Origin: Paragordius varius
Taxonomy: Eukaryota; Animalia; Nematomorpha
DNA: 64,000 nucleotides
NCBI GenBank assembly: GCA_964247055.1
Contig: OZ176053.1
Coordinates: 3,162,001-3,226,000, forward strand
Direction of reading: 5' to 3'
Shown: piece by piece, positions 50,394-64,000 of the stretch
Position numbering within the stretch: position 1 is the stretch's first letter
How the letters are laid out: each line of letters starts with the position of its first letter
Position numbers and translations under genes: made by a program
Notes under the pieces: model-generated
The model's database searches: none
What the model saw: the letters and a program-made list of their open reading frames with translations, nothing else
Told to the model about the DNA's origin: nothing

Positions 50394-51840
50394 GTAGCGT
50401 ACATATCGGACTGCTACGGATGGGCTATTAAAAGGGATCAACAAAATTGAGCCATATATGTGTGGATTATTTCGAAACATTATTTAAGATCTCAAATGAT
50501 TTTCAAAACGGTGCTTCATAAAATTTTCAAAACTGTGCATTCTAATATATATAATGGGTGAAGGCTCCAAATTGACGGCTGACGGAAAAAACCGCTATAC
50601 TATAATTTTTACCTTGTTTTTTGAAAATTAGCTCCAAAACCACGACATTTTTGTATGGCATCTCAGTTTTAAACCGGTGTACGCATAGACCTATATGGAA
50701 AAAGCGCTGATTTAAACTCTTTCCCTTTATAAAGCAAATATTTGTAATCATCTTTGATATCATCGTCTCATGGGTTATTCCAAAAGATACCTCAATACTA
50801 AATAATCGTTATATTATGGCGTATTTTTAGGCATAAAGGCCCCAAATCGACTAATAAAAAAGGCCTGATTTTAATTTTTACCTAGTTACGGGTAATATTT
50901 CAAGCTTTTAATGAGTTCATATCGCTTCTAAATTTATCTGTAAATTAGCTCCAAAACAACGCAATTTCTATATAGTGGCGCAGTTTTTGGCGGGCACCTC
51001 CTTACCCAGGGGCAGGTAGGAAAAATACATTGGGCAAATTTTTTGCCTTTTGAGAATACCTGGAATCATCATTCATTCCATATGTTCTTGATAGTTTTTG
51101 GAAGGGTGGCTTCGAAACTAAATAATAGTTCAATGATAGCGCATTTTTTAGGGATAAAGGGCCTAATTAACGGCTAATTTTAAAAAAACCGCCCAACTTA
51201 AATTTTTCCCTTTTACGGGTAATATTTCAGGCCCTTATTAAACTTATATCTAATAAGTTTTCTGAAAATTAACTTCTAAACAACGCAATTTGGATATGGT
51301 GGCTCAGTTTTAGGCAGGTAGCTCCCTACCCAGAGGCTGATACAAAAAAGCGCTTGATTAAAATTTTTGTCTTTTTACGGAGAATACCTGGAATCATGAT
51401 TGATTTCATATACTCTCATTAGTTTTTGAAAAAATTGCCTCAAAAGTTAAATCATTCTATGGTGGCGCATTTTCAGGGCGTGAAGGGCCTAATTAACGGC
51501 TAATTTAAAATGACCTCGATTTGAATTTTCGCCTTGTTACGGGTAATATTTTAAGCACCTATTAAACTCATATGGCCTGTTAGGTTTTCTGAAATTTATG
51601 CCCAAATACACGCTATTTCGATATGACGGGGCAGTTTTTAGCTGGTATCTCTTTACCCAGCGGCCAACGTACGATTAAAATTCATTCTTTTAGCAGGGAA
51701 TACCTGAAATCCTCATTGAATTTTTATGGTCCCATACCTTGGGCGAAAAATAGATTCATAAAAATTATTTTTGTGGACTTAGTTTTTTTTGCAAAAAATG
51801 GCATTTTACGGGGGGAGCGTGTAATAAGAGGGCCTAAATT
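50394..51840 (-). mobile_element. Non-autonomous Helitron copy, long form, 5'-truncated
   Basis: Degenerate 3' end (gtagcgtacatatcggactgctacg vs ctagcgtaaatctcgtgctgctacg). Internal repeats are homologous to 6935-8100. Confidence 0.75.
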
Positions 51841-52559
51841 ATAGAGTTTAAATTTTAAATTATAAAAGCAAAAACATCCTATAAGATGGAACAATGTATA
51901 GTTTATAATGATTTTGGTTAGTGACTTAGAGACAGTTAGAAAGATCGTTTTTACTTTTGTACTTACTCGGTGTTATAAAATTGAAAAGATAACAAATTAT
52001 GTTAAATAATTTTTTTGGCAAACTAATAGCTTCATGAAAAAAAGAAATAATATATATCAAAACTAAGACCTTAAATGAACCATAAAATCCTGTTACAATT
52101 ATCTCTTTTCTATTTATTTTATCAGGATTTTTCATACTCTAGGTTCTAGGATGTTCACTGCGTTTGACATAGTATTCCAGAAAACGCCTAAAGCTACTTT
52201 GAATAATGGGGTTTATTTTTTACGAATCCCCCAAACCTAATGCCTTAACTATTTTATTAAATATTCAAAGTTCAAACCGCTCTGGGATATACCTCAAAAG
52301 GTAATGAAGTATTATTCAGATTTACAAAGCAAAAAATGTTGAGCGGTTTTTTAAAGTTGTTAAGTAGGGTTATATCCTTTGTAAAAATATGCCACTAAAA
52401 ACAACTTTGAAAAATTTATTAAATTATAACTGTAGGACATTTATAAAATAATGCTATATTCACGGTATAAAGAAAATTTTATTTGAGCGCTTTTTATAAC
52501 TCTTTGTAAGACCCCACTCTTGAATACGCGATGATATAAATGTGGCTTTGAAGCTTTCG

Positions 52560-53405
52560 CCAAAGTTTGATATTTCTTGTATAAAAACAACTATTAGTCC
52601 TAGCATATTGGAATGACTCAACTCATATTTAATAATAATTAGCAGATGCATTACATTTATCACAAAAAATAATCAATAGATGTCTGCGAACGGTAACATG
52701 GTAATTGGATTCCACACAATTTGAATGAGCGTCAATCTGAATATCGCAAAGTTATTTCTGAAATTTTGGTTCAACGCAAGTAAAACAAATAATTTTTGGA
52801 TCCAATTGGGACAGCTGATGAGAGATAACATTATTTTGTTAATCCAAAGCGGAAAATTATGGCTTTCACCTTGCCAAGCTCCATTAAAACAAATGCCGAA
52901 TCGCTTTGGCAGGAAAACCATACTCTGTGTCTAATGGGACCACAGCGTTATTGTGCATTATGAACTTTTAAAAACCCGGTGAAACCATTCATACGAGGCT
53001 TTCGCTAAAAATTGATCATTTTAAATCATGCATTAATCGAAAAACGACCAGAATGGGCCAGAAGGCAAGGTAAAATATTTTGTTACATGACAATGCTACG
53101 TTTCACACAGATAAACCAGTGAAAACACTTTAGAAATCGCTTCGATGGGATATTCTTTGGCATCGGCTGAACTGTTCCGACCTGGCGCCATCTTACTAAG
53201 GCATTTTTCATCGATGGGGATCCTCGCAAAGTAGTACTTCAGTAGTTACGAAGACTGTGGAAAATGGCTTAGGGTTTGCCACATGGCACAGCATTCATAT
53301 ATTACTAAAAAATGGGCGAAATGTGTAGAAGCCGATGTCAATATTTTGCATAAAATAAAATTAGCTTTTTCAACAAACCGGCAAAAATTTCTGACCCCTG
53401 GATTA
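52560..53405 (+). mobile_element. Decayed mariner transposase relic
   Basis: WIPHNLNERQ, TADE, NRFGRKTILCV*WD, HDNA, DLAPS and a C-terminal WAKCVEAD-like motif, with many disruptions. Boundaries are approximate. Confidence 0.8.
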
Positions 53406-53473
53406 TGCTTTAAGAACCATTACAACTTGTTTAATTTGTTTTATAGCTGTATTTAATAATTTTTTATTCTAAA

Positions 53474-54052
53474 TCTATATATTTATAAAAATGGAAAATG
53501 CTGGCTTTGTGATCTGGTACAGGAAAACCGGTAGACCCATTCAAATCCAAATATTGAAAAAATATAATCATTAATGAATGCCCCGAAAATAGCTTCGCCC
53601 TTTTTTGAAATAGGCTACCCGTTCGGGCCCACCCTGTGTGAAAAACGGGTTTTTTTGAAAACAGAAGTCCACAAAAATCGTGTCTTTGAGACAATTTTCC
53701 GGAGAACATGTTGGACCATTCAATTTCAAATATGATTTTTATTTACTTATTTTCGATTGCGCCAAACATAGTCGTCTCGCTTTTTTGATTTAGGCCCTCT
53801 TTTTACCCGCTCCCCCCGTAAAATGCCACCTTTTTCAAAAAACAAAGTCCACAAAAAAAATTTTTAAATCTATTTTTCACCCAAGTAAACAATAAATTAG
53901 TATGAATGCACCGTTTTAAGATTCCTATGAGATCATAGCTATTAAATAATTCGAAATAATCCACATATGTAGATCATTTTATTGTCCCTTTTTTCATATA
54001 CCCCCCCCCCCCCCCCAGAACGGGCTGCGTAGCGGCACGAGATATACGCTAG
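53474..54052 (+). mobile_element. Intact short non-autonomous Helitron (579 bp)
   Basis: A|TC 5' end at 53474, GC hairpin cgggctgc-gta-gcggcacg, CTAG|T 3' end at 54052, no TSD. Confidence 0.9.
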
Positions 54053-55152
54053 TAAAACATAAAAATATAATAGAAACGCAAAAAGACTTTTTTTGTTATT
54101 AAATTATCAATCGTGATCTTTTATTTATTACAATATAACCAGTTTTATATATATTTAACAGCCACTTAGCGGTTTAATTGGCAAAATGAAGACGTAGGCT
54201 AACAACAACCATTAAAAGACATTGTCTGAAATATAAAAACGCGACGCTTAAAACTAATAATTGATTCTTTAAGCCCAAGCCCCATCACCCCATTCCCTTT
54301 GTCCGAATCTGAAACGTCGCCAAGTCAATAATTTAAAATTAATCCGTTTCATTAATTATAATGTCTATGTTTGTATGTTCACAAAGCGTTTCGAAAAATT
54401 TTAGAAGTTGATTGAGGAAAACAATATTTTAAGATGTCACATATTTCGTGGAGGAATTCGAAAATATGCGGTGAAATTATTTTTTAAAGTATTGAGTTTC
54501 ATTTTAATTAAGATCTAATTTACATTTCTATACAAAACATCTAATTAATAGAGTGGTTCTTGTGCTAGGTTAATAAATATATTTTTTATATATCATTTAA
54601 ATTCTAATAGCTTTCAATTCAACAAATAAATATTAGCGTTATTTTTTATGCATCAATTTGTTGCATCGCATCTTTATACTAATTTGTTAGTACTGTGCGT
54701 TACTATAATTTAATCTCACATATAAGAGGAAGAAATATCAATTAAACCAATAAAAAATTCCTTTACAGTTAAAAGCATTCAAAGGATAACTAACAATAGA
54801 GTTTTTTATTGTTATTATTATGGATGTTGTAAGGGGAAGTGGTGTTAAATTTTTTTTTCATTATTTCGATATACATATTATATGATAAATGAAATGTGTG
54901 TGTTGGTAAAAAACTCTATAAGAATGTACAAGCAGCGTAAAGTATTGATTTCCAATATGAATCGTGTTATACTTTTACATTTTTATAGACCAAATTTATA
55001 TACTCAATTCAACTGACTGACTGACTAAATAACCAATCATGAATGGGTGGGTCTCAATCGTTAACTTATAGATTCTGTAATTTTTGAGATAGCTTAAATA
55101 ATTATAATCTGAAGTGGTATTATAGTGTGTAAGTTTTTTAACATATATTCCA

Positions 55153-58100
55153 ATGGATCATTCTAAAGAATTTATTGTGGTTGAAAATATTCCGGTATCA
55201 ATAAAACTCTTTCTATGGCGACAAATCAAGTAAAAAGCATTATAAACGGATATTATTTTTTGACTAATTAAAATATATTATTGTAATACTTTCTAAAGAC
55301 TTGTGATTCATATAAATATAACCCGTTTTTGGGATTAATTTTCAATTTTTAAACTTTTTTAGTTCATGTTTGAGCCATAAAAACAAGAAGATTAAAGAAT
55401 CCTCAATCACGGTAATTATTTAATATTCTTTGTGATTTTTAATATTCCCCAATTAGGTTTTTTTCAAATATAAATCATAGTAAAATTTTTAATGAATTTG
55501 ACTGGTCATTTTTCTTTTATATATTTCACACGTATAGACATGGCAAAGGGTATTGGTCCAAAATTTGGCAGACGATTTATCTCCGGCATTGTCGGCGGCC
55601 ATTAAACGATTACCGAGATGGAGTTTTGTGCGTAATGCCTTTCCTTTTATGATACAATGTGGGTCACTGGTTATTAAGGATCACAAAATTAAGAATAAAA
55701 ATTTGGAGGATTACCATGTTGTGACACAAGAAGAAATTAAATTATTTTATATAATGAATTGGCTACTGTTAGATGCTTTCAATGAATGTGTAGACGTTAA
55801 GGAATTTTTGGAATATTTCCGAAAACGTGAAGATCAACTGTCGATACTGGATACATTGTATAGTTTTGAAGACATTAAAATGTTTGCACACATTGTAGGA
55901 CCGGAATTCAGGGAAATTTCACGGTTTGATTTGTCCAATATTCGATTGGAATCAGGCTTGAAAATCTGGAAAGTATTGGGAAACTATAATTTACCCAATA
56001 TTTTTAATTTAGCAACGCCGGCCCAGATTTGTGTTCATGATGCTTTGGAGGCTATCTCACAAGAATTATTGAAAAACACTTATATAGGTATTGAAATTTA
56101 ATTTTCTTAGAACCTGCTTTATATGATGAATCCATACTTCAAACAAATGAAGAACCAAATCCTAAGATGGAAACAGATAAAACGATTTCAACGCAAAAAC
56201 GGATGACTGCACCCATTATAAATATGAGTGACATTTGTGAAAGTGCCACTTCTTCTATAACCTCATCGGATCCATCATCAAAAGCCGATGATGTGTCAAA
56301 TGAGAAAAGAATGAGTAGCGATAAATTAACAAGATTAGGCGCACTAAAACCCACAAAATTAAAATTAGAACTAAGTTCAAACCAAAATAACTTTGAAATG
56401 AGGGACCAACCCCTAAATTATTTAAAACATAAATCTCTACCGGCAGGCATTCTCCAACAAACTTTGAAAGCGGGGCAAGATTCACCCCTCGTAAAACAGT
56501 TATCCGATTATATGATCGAATCAACAAGTTTTAGTCTCCCTCTACCCGTGGCTTCAACACCAAACGCCACAATAATGGATATTGCTGTTTTACACAACCT
56601 CCTTTCGTCTCATTGGTACAATGAAGGTTACGTATGGTCAATTCGTTATCTAATAAATCGATTAAAGTATTTGCGGGAAGATTTAAAAAATGAAAGATAT
56701 AACCATTTCCTGTCAATTAATGGCAAAGAGAATATATTTTTACACAAAGCCGCTTCCTATCCTCAAATAAATTTGACAGCTGATAGAGCTATCGTAACCG
56801 AAAATAGAAGAATAGTAAAGATAAATCATGAAAGTAAACTACCAATTCTTTTTCAATATGCTCGATCATTTATTTCATAATAACTAGCTTTTGTATCCAA
56901 CAGATTCAATGTATAAAGAAATTTCTCGATCTCGGTCATATCTTGATCTAAGACCATCGCTTTCAGAAGACAATGAAGAAAATATTAATAAGATTAACAA
57001 CAAAAAATTACAAAATAGTCAAAATTTATCTACGTCGTATAATGATCTTTTTCGCCGAACAAGTTTGCCCTTATCAGCTGTCAATGAACAAAGGGTATAT
57101 TGCTGGAATTTAGTATATGTAGCTTATAGGATTTTTTTTAAAATATGAAATTAATTTATAACTTGTTAGTTTTGAGTATATATGCTCATATTTTTTTATT
57201 ACATTTATTAACACACATAAAAGGGTAATGTATACCTAAGTTACTAATTCTATATCACATTAAATTGAATTACTTTTTTATTGTAATTTTTTTTGTTATA
57301 TAAAAGGATTCAATCCAGTCAGGGGGCAAGAAAAAATCGCAATATTTAACACCATCTATCACAACCAACATTTTAGAACGTAAAGGTTTTTACAGGTCTA
57401 TGGAAAAAATTCCACTCTTCTCGAAGAAAAAGAAAATTATTGGGATTACGGATACTCCTGGGGGAGAACTCGTTAATCAATCATTACCTCCGTCAAACAC
57501 TGAAGAAAAAATTAGATTACTATTTAAAGACGATAAAAATTTGCAGTTTTATGCAAGTGACAGCAATATTCAGGTAATTATGAGTAATTGTGCATTCGGA
57601 GATATCTATACTATTATATGGTTTCATAAAATTATTTATTTTATTTATCACATATAAAATTTAGTATGAAAGGCATGTGTATCAAAAAGATTTTGGGTGC
57701 TTAAAGTTTATCACTCAAGATGGAAAAATTAATTTTCAATACCTATTGATAGCAATCATAAAAACTTTATCGGTAACATCAACCATTGATGGAGTCCTGT
57801 GCAGATTAATAACCAGCTTTTTATCGACGCTAATTCAAAAATTTGTGCCTAAACATTGTTCAGACGTATGGAAAGAAACAGGAAACCGGTTGACGAAATG
57901 TATTGCATTCAATATTCATGATCCCTTAACCTACCTTTTGGTTTTAGAATGTCTTTTAAAGTATTCAATTTATTCTTTATTACTACTTTTAATAAAAAAA
58001 TACTAAAATATATAATTTTAAAAAATAGAGTTTGAAACTTTATTAAATTATTTTTATTGTTTGGACGTTATGGTAACTGTATTTTAACAAATTTTAAAAG

Positions 58101-59969
58101 TATACATATTGTTGGGGTTCCATATAAAAAAAATGACCATTTTTATGCTATTTATGAAATATTGCATAACAATTTTATTTAGAAACCCCGTATTACATTA
58201 ATCGACTGATTATTTAAACAATGACGAAACAACTTTATTCTTAATTAACCTCCCGATAAAATATGTAGCGGATTTAGCGTGATATTTTAATTGAGATATC
58301 TCACAATAAAGCCTAAGCCCTTCCTTTTCAATATTTGGGTTATGGTTTTTTTATTAGCATAGGAAAAATCGTAAGAATATTTTTTTCGCACATCTCCTTT
58401 GGGGGCCTGTCCTAGACCTTGCGCTATAAATAAATCCAAATTTATTAAAATTACCTTAACTGTTTCAACTAAATATATTTATGAAATCCGCATTATTTCC
58501 TAAAAGATTAATGATAACGATTGGTTGTCCCTACGGTTGCAAATACGAATCAATCAGTCTAAACACGATGGAGTTATGTAATCTGAGCAAAAAATGCCTC
58601 ACTCAAATGTATCAACTTCACCAAGATTACTATTTCGATTTTATGAGAGCTAAAATAAAATATGGCAAAATTCAGCAGATCATTGATTTCTATCATGTTT
58701 TATTGGGTTATTGCCGGGACAAAACCATAAACCCTATCGTTGATATCGATAAAAATGACATCTGTAAGAAAATAAATCAATATTTCCTTTTATATAATAA
58801 TTTTTTATACACTTTTTTTGTAGCTTTGTATGTGAAGTATGACAAAAAAAGTGTTGAATACATAACCCTGCAAAACACCTACGGACATTTCATTTATCAT
58901 TTAGGCAAACATTCGTATGAAATAAAAAATCCAGAAAATTTTGTAAGTATATTCTGTTTTTAATTGGGCTAGTGCGGAATCGTAATTAAATTATACTTTA
59001 AATCAAAACGCATAAACATGTGAGTAATGTCTATAACAATTTTGATATTAATTCCCGTACCGCATATATCACTATTATATATTTTTTATAGAATGTGTAT
59101 GTGGATGCTTTGCAATTCGTTACATACATTAAAAATGAGTATCCAGAGTTAACAAACAAAATTATTTTCCTCGGATTTTTCTCAAACGTTCAAAAGATTG
59201 AATCTTATATCAAAAATATGGAGATAATACCAATCCCGAACTCAAAATCTTTTGAACCAGGGTAAAAAAGCATTTTTAGCTGTTTTTGTTGTAATTCTTT
59301 GTTACCATAAATTTTAAAGATTCATACGCTTAAAACGATATAAGAAGTTGATTGGTATAAAAAATTCAATCATGGCTTAACCGATGTAATGATTGAATTA
59401 TAATGTGTTTTTAATTTTAAAAACACCGCTCAATTAGAAGTTCTAAACTGAGTCTTCATTTATCAAATTTCTAAAACTATATGACACTTTTAAAATGCAC
59501 CATTGTGTAATTAGCAAATATAAAACCTGGTAGGCTTAATGTGAATCTTTATGTTTATCGGAAAATTTTTTGATACTAAAACAAAATTATCGGCTATATT
59601 TTTTTAATTTAATATAAAAAATCTATATACGTAATATTTTTTATCAATAGCTCCATATACCGATCCAATAGTTTGTCGCGAAACGATTTAGACTCTAAAT
59701 TTGGTAATAGCATGGAGGATTTATCGCTTAAGGTTCTCACTGAATCCAATCTCAAAGGGAAAATGAATAAATGGATGGAAAAAATGAAATTGACAAGTAT
59801 AACGCTCGTTTTATGTTCAGTGTGGGGTCTGATTATTTTGACCGTAACTGTAACCGATTTTATAATAACTTGTCAAAAAGATTAACATATGTTATAAAAT
59901 AATATAAATATATGGGTAAAAATTGAATCTAGTAAAAAATGCGGACATTTTAAATTATAACGATGATTT

Positions 59970-60002
<33 letters not shown>

Positions 60003-63000
60003 CGGATAAAACCATAATTTTCTTTTACGCTATTTACGACATATTATTTGCGTTATTAATTGAGTGGTGACCGTGATACCGGTCAGAATTTCTCGGATGT
60101 AATAAAAGAAATGTTATTATATATGTTTTAGTATTTTTAAATATTATATGTAATTGCATGCAGAAAAATCAAAAGGATCAAAAGGCAAAACCATTCAAAG
60201 TTTGGTTAAAGCAAGCGAATTGCAAAAACTTACCGCTTTCCATCATTTCACCTTGGGTATGAAAAAATTGGCTGATACCAATCTCCGGAAAAATAGTAAA
60301 GAGCTGCCACCTGAGAAAAAATTTTCTCTAATGGACTCTAAAAATAAAACGGAAGCAATAAAGTATGATATATAGTTAACAATTAAAATATGGATGGTTG
60401 GGTTTTAAATGCATGCAAAACACCAATTTTTCCATACTTAATATTGATTAAGCGGAATTTCTTAACTTATAAAATTGTCATTTTATAAATTTTGGTAATA
60501 TCCGCATGTTATAAATAATTTTAGTAAGTATCATTTGGTAATATCCAAAATTTTACTTGACCCAAGAAATGAGTTTCATATCGTATATTATATATAGTTT
60601 TGTACCTGTACATAACATAACTACAAATATCTTATCCATACACTTTTCATTTACCTTTTTTTAAAAATAGATCTTTTCCCAAGGTAAAGTCTACTGATAC
60701 TTTAGTTCCAGCCGATAATATAATGGAAAATCAAGCTAATGGTAAGAATAATATAATTTCTTTAGGATTTTATAATGCAGAAAATGTGGAGTTATACCTT
60801 AAATATCTTGCAAATTTCATTGAAATCGATACACTTAAGAAAGGGATTCTCCGATTTCACACAATGCTGCATGTTTCTCCGATTGGTTCTTTTCCAGATT
60901 GTTCCATGCTTATATCTATGTTGGAACAGGTTTTTTCCTTAATTAAATTTGACGCAAAATTTTTTTTTAAATTTAACTGTTTGAAAAATCATTTAAGAAC
61001 CAAGGAAGAGTTTTATGGCGAAATGCGTGCAAAACTAAAATTTTATTTTTTTGTTTCCCGCATTTGCCCCGATATTTTATAAAATGAATAAAGACGCTTA
61101 AAATGTTAGTATTTAAAATAACAGTTTAAAATTAACAAACTAAAATCAGACATATATTAATATCAACTGTTATCTTTCAATATATTTTTCAATGATTTAA
61201 CAACATAACTTTACAATTTTATAATCTATATTTACCTTATAACACAGGATGGTCCGGTATTAGCCAAAGCCTGTTTCATAATAAAATGTTGTTATTACGT
61301 ACATAGCTGTAACAATGGGAGATATTTTAGCTCCTTAAGGAATGAGAGTGTATTTAATTCCTCACCCATGCACATGAATAAAAAAAACTTTCGAAACATT
61401 AGCCATACTCGTATCGTACTTGGCCATTTATTTTATCAATGGGGACAGGTAACTTTAATTGTAATGGGTAATTGTATTAAATGATTCTTAAAATTAAAAC
61501 ACCATCAAAATGTAGCCCTCTGAATATTTCTGTAGCCCGCAAAAAATTTCAAAGATTACCAAATTAAACAAAATATAGTTAAAAATGCTATTTACAAAAT
61601 TTAAGTAAAATTAACATTTCTTAGCTAATAATCTGAGTTCCAAAATTTAAAATTAATGATAGTTAAGTTGTGTTTGTAAATTCTTTACAATCTTATGTTA
61701 AATATTTTATAATACCCATATATTTTTTATATACGGCCTGCTAAGTTATTTGTGTTGGACACCCCTGATTTAAATGATACTAAAGCTTTTAACCCTATAA
61801 AACCTATTTATACTCCAAATTTTTTTATAAATTCTGTGCTATAAACATAAACATTATAAAATAATTATTATGCAATAGGCGATCGGTGAAAAATTGGAAT
61901 ATGAGTGTCGAGAGGAAGCCTCACATACACATGAGATAACCGAATCACCCTATATTCAGATATCAGATTTTTTTATGCACGGTATTCAGTTAAAAATTTC
62001 AAAATAAACGATTATTATTATTTTACAAATAATCAAAATAAATCAAGTAGTCTAATTTCTATATCCTAATATATGTTTTTACCACGATAGATAAAGAAAA
62101 GGAACATAAATATATAAATTCAAAATTGATACAAACGATATTGATAACTCTCTTGTGTGAAATAACCTTGTTTCTAAAAAGCCTTCGGAAAAAACGCACC
62201 ATGAAAATGACGCCAAGTCGAAAATATGGCGTCTCCTGGGAAAAGAAAAAACATAGCCGATGGAATAGTTTATTGGGCATGTTAGGAGTATCCATAAGTA
62301 GTCTATCTTCTGCCGGTCATGATGGTATTTTCTACAATTTGATTTGGATTTTACACATTAAATAAAAAACAATTGAATTAATTATCAGAGCATTCTAATA
62401 TATTTTCTGTTTTGAATAATTCTTTGATTGGTGTACAAAAGCGTTAAAGTACTAATTTAACTAATAAGAATTAAAATTTAGAAAAAATTTATGCATAGCG
62501 AAAGTTTTTGCTACATATCTCTTCAATTCACTACCGCCTTATTTGAAAAAAGTCAAACAAGCAAACAAAGCGTTTAGATCACATAGATTTTAGATTTTTC
62601 GATTACATTTTACATTTTATTAAATACTTTAGGACATTAACGATTATTCTATGACCTTTATGCGGCATATTAAATATTTCATGTACTAAAATTTACAATC
62701 ATTTCAGAATTTTTAATAACTGTTAGCCAATGAAAAATTCAAATTTTAGCGCATATTACATTTACGCTTTAATTTTTGAAAAGTAATTATTGATTGATTT
62801 TGGGCATGATATTGTCAGCATCTGTTGTGCTGAAACTATGTTAATAATTAAACAGAAAGGTTAAAAATGCAGTCCTGCCGAGCCCTTTCTTTTATAAATT
62901 CGCGCTATGTTTTTTAAAATTATGCTTAGTTACTATTTAATTCTGATTTTGTATGAATAATTTTATTTAAATTCTTTGTATAAATCGGATTGGGTAAGAT

Positions 63001-63550
63001 GTAGGTTTCCAGAATATTTAGATTGCAAATATGGTTTTTGCTGCGTCATCCTTTGCAAAAGCCGGCCTTCATCGATTAATTTTCAATAGTTTTTAAAACA
63101 ATATTTTAATAATAAATAGGTAATCGTTATTATAACCAAAGGCTATTCGTTTCCTGAAACATATATTTATATACAAACTAGTATTTTACAAATTAATTGA
63201 ATTCCGCGTTCATTAATTTAGAATCAATTATAATATTGTTTAAATTTGTTTTAATAATTAAGGGATTGCTAAAAAATCAAAATTTTAGCCTATCTAATAT
63301 CTTATATATTTGATAGAACCGCGAAAAAGTTTATTGCAAACCGTCAATCCTTCCCGCGAGGAGTCTTCCCACGAAAGTTTAAATAGCATAAGAATAGAGA
63401 CACCGGATGAAATAGCTTCCTCACCCAAAAAATTATCTGACACAGGCGTTTTACCAGAAAAACCAATTGGACAACGCTTTGGCTCATCCATAGGATCCCT
63501 TTATGGCTTCCCTAAATTGAGGCGCACCAGTTTAAAACTGAAAAAAGATG
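55153..63550 (+). CDS. UNC80: UNC80 (NALCN channel complex subunit), 5' portion; multi-exon, probably continuing beyond the window
   Basis: NIPVSIKLFLWRQI; WQRVLVQNLADDLSPALSAAIKRLPRWSFVRNAFPFMIQC; KLFYIMNWLLLDAFNEC; LECLLKLMITIGCPYGC (intron 57961-58506); IDFYHVLLGYC; KKGILRFHTMLHVSPIGSFPD. Not all exon junctions were resolved. Confidence 0.85.
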
Positions 63551-64000
63551 GTATTATTGTACATTTATAATATATAAATTTGTGGATTACTTAATTGAAA
63601 ATAGATAATTGGTATAGAGTGAACCTCCGCATTTATATTAGAAAATATGGCTTATTATCGGCATCACAACCGCCTTTTTCTAAAAATCAAATTTTTTCAT
63701 CACAAATTGATAAATAATATATGATAATTAATAATATGCATCAAAAAATTAATAAAAAATGATTTACTCTTTATTATTTTAGTTCATTATAAGGGTTTCA
63801 TAATATCACATTATAGTCATATCATCTCAATAATTATAAATCTGGGCCTTTTATTGAAATCGGAATAGGACATAATATCAGCATGATTAGTTTATAAAGG
63901 CTGTTTAATTAGGGGCCTTACTTAGTATAAGTTGCATAATTAGCCTCCTAACTAATATTAATGACCAAACTACTATTATGCATGTTGGTTTTTTCACTAC

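Noticed and set aside
57961-58506. Stop-codon readthrough or extra odd exons in UNC80
   Set aside because: A single canonical intron joins LECLLK to LMITIGCPYGC in frame.
1-64000. tRNA, rRNA, snRNA genes and hammerhead ribozymes
   Set aside because: No recognisable conserved motifs were seen by eye. A covariance-model scan would be needed to exclude them.

Overview
AT-rich (roughly 25-30% GC by eye, not computed) eukaryotic nuclear DNA, almost certainly animal, using the standard genetic code. No prokaryotic systems, rRNA, tRNA or CRISPR were seen. Splicing across introns gives these genes: the last exon of CLPTM1L, a class A peptide-type GPCR, an emerin-like LEM+TM protein, EXOSC7/Rrp42, two tandem membrane-anchored cupin/JmjC-like paralogues, CNOT10, RBM48, SET/TAF-I, the 5' part of UNC80, and one intronless orphan ORF. 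Intron sizes are bimodal: 18 hand-checked GT-AG introns of 22-30 nt coexist with introns of up to about 4 kb filled with transposons. Two gene pairs are head-to-head with only 49 and 42 bp between start codons. The mobile elements are a non-autonomous Helitron family (4 loci, one a 3.7-kb concatemer inside a MITE), several decayed RTE-like LINEs, a mariner relic, hAT and Tc1-type MITEs, and one complete hAT element. The best leads are (1) a hAT element carrying a condensed antisense mirror copy of its own transposase gene, (2) an HDV-like ribozyme core at the 5' end of an RTE LINE, and (3) the ultra-short introns and ultra-compact divergent gene pairs. All gene names come from remembered motif similarity, not database searches.
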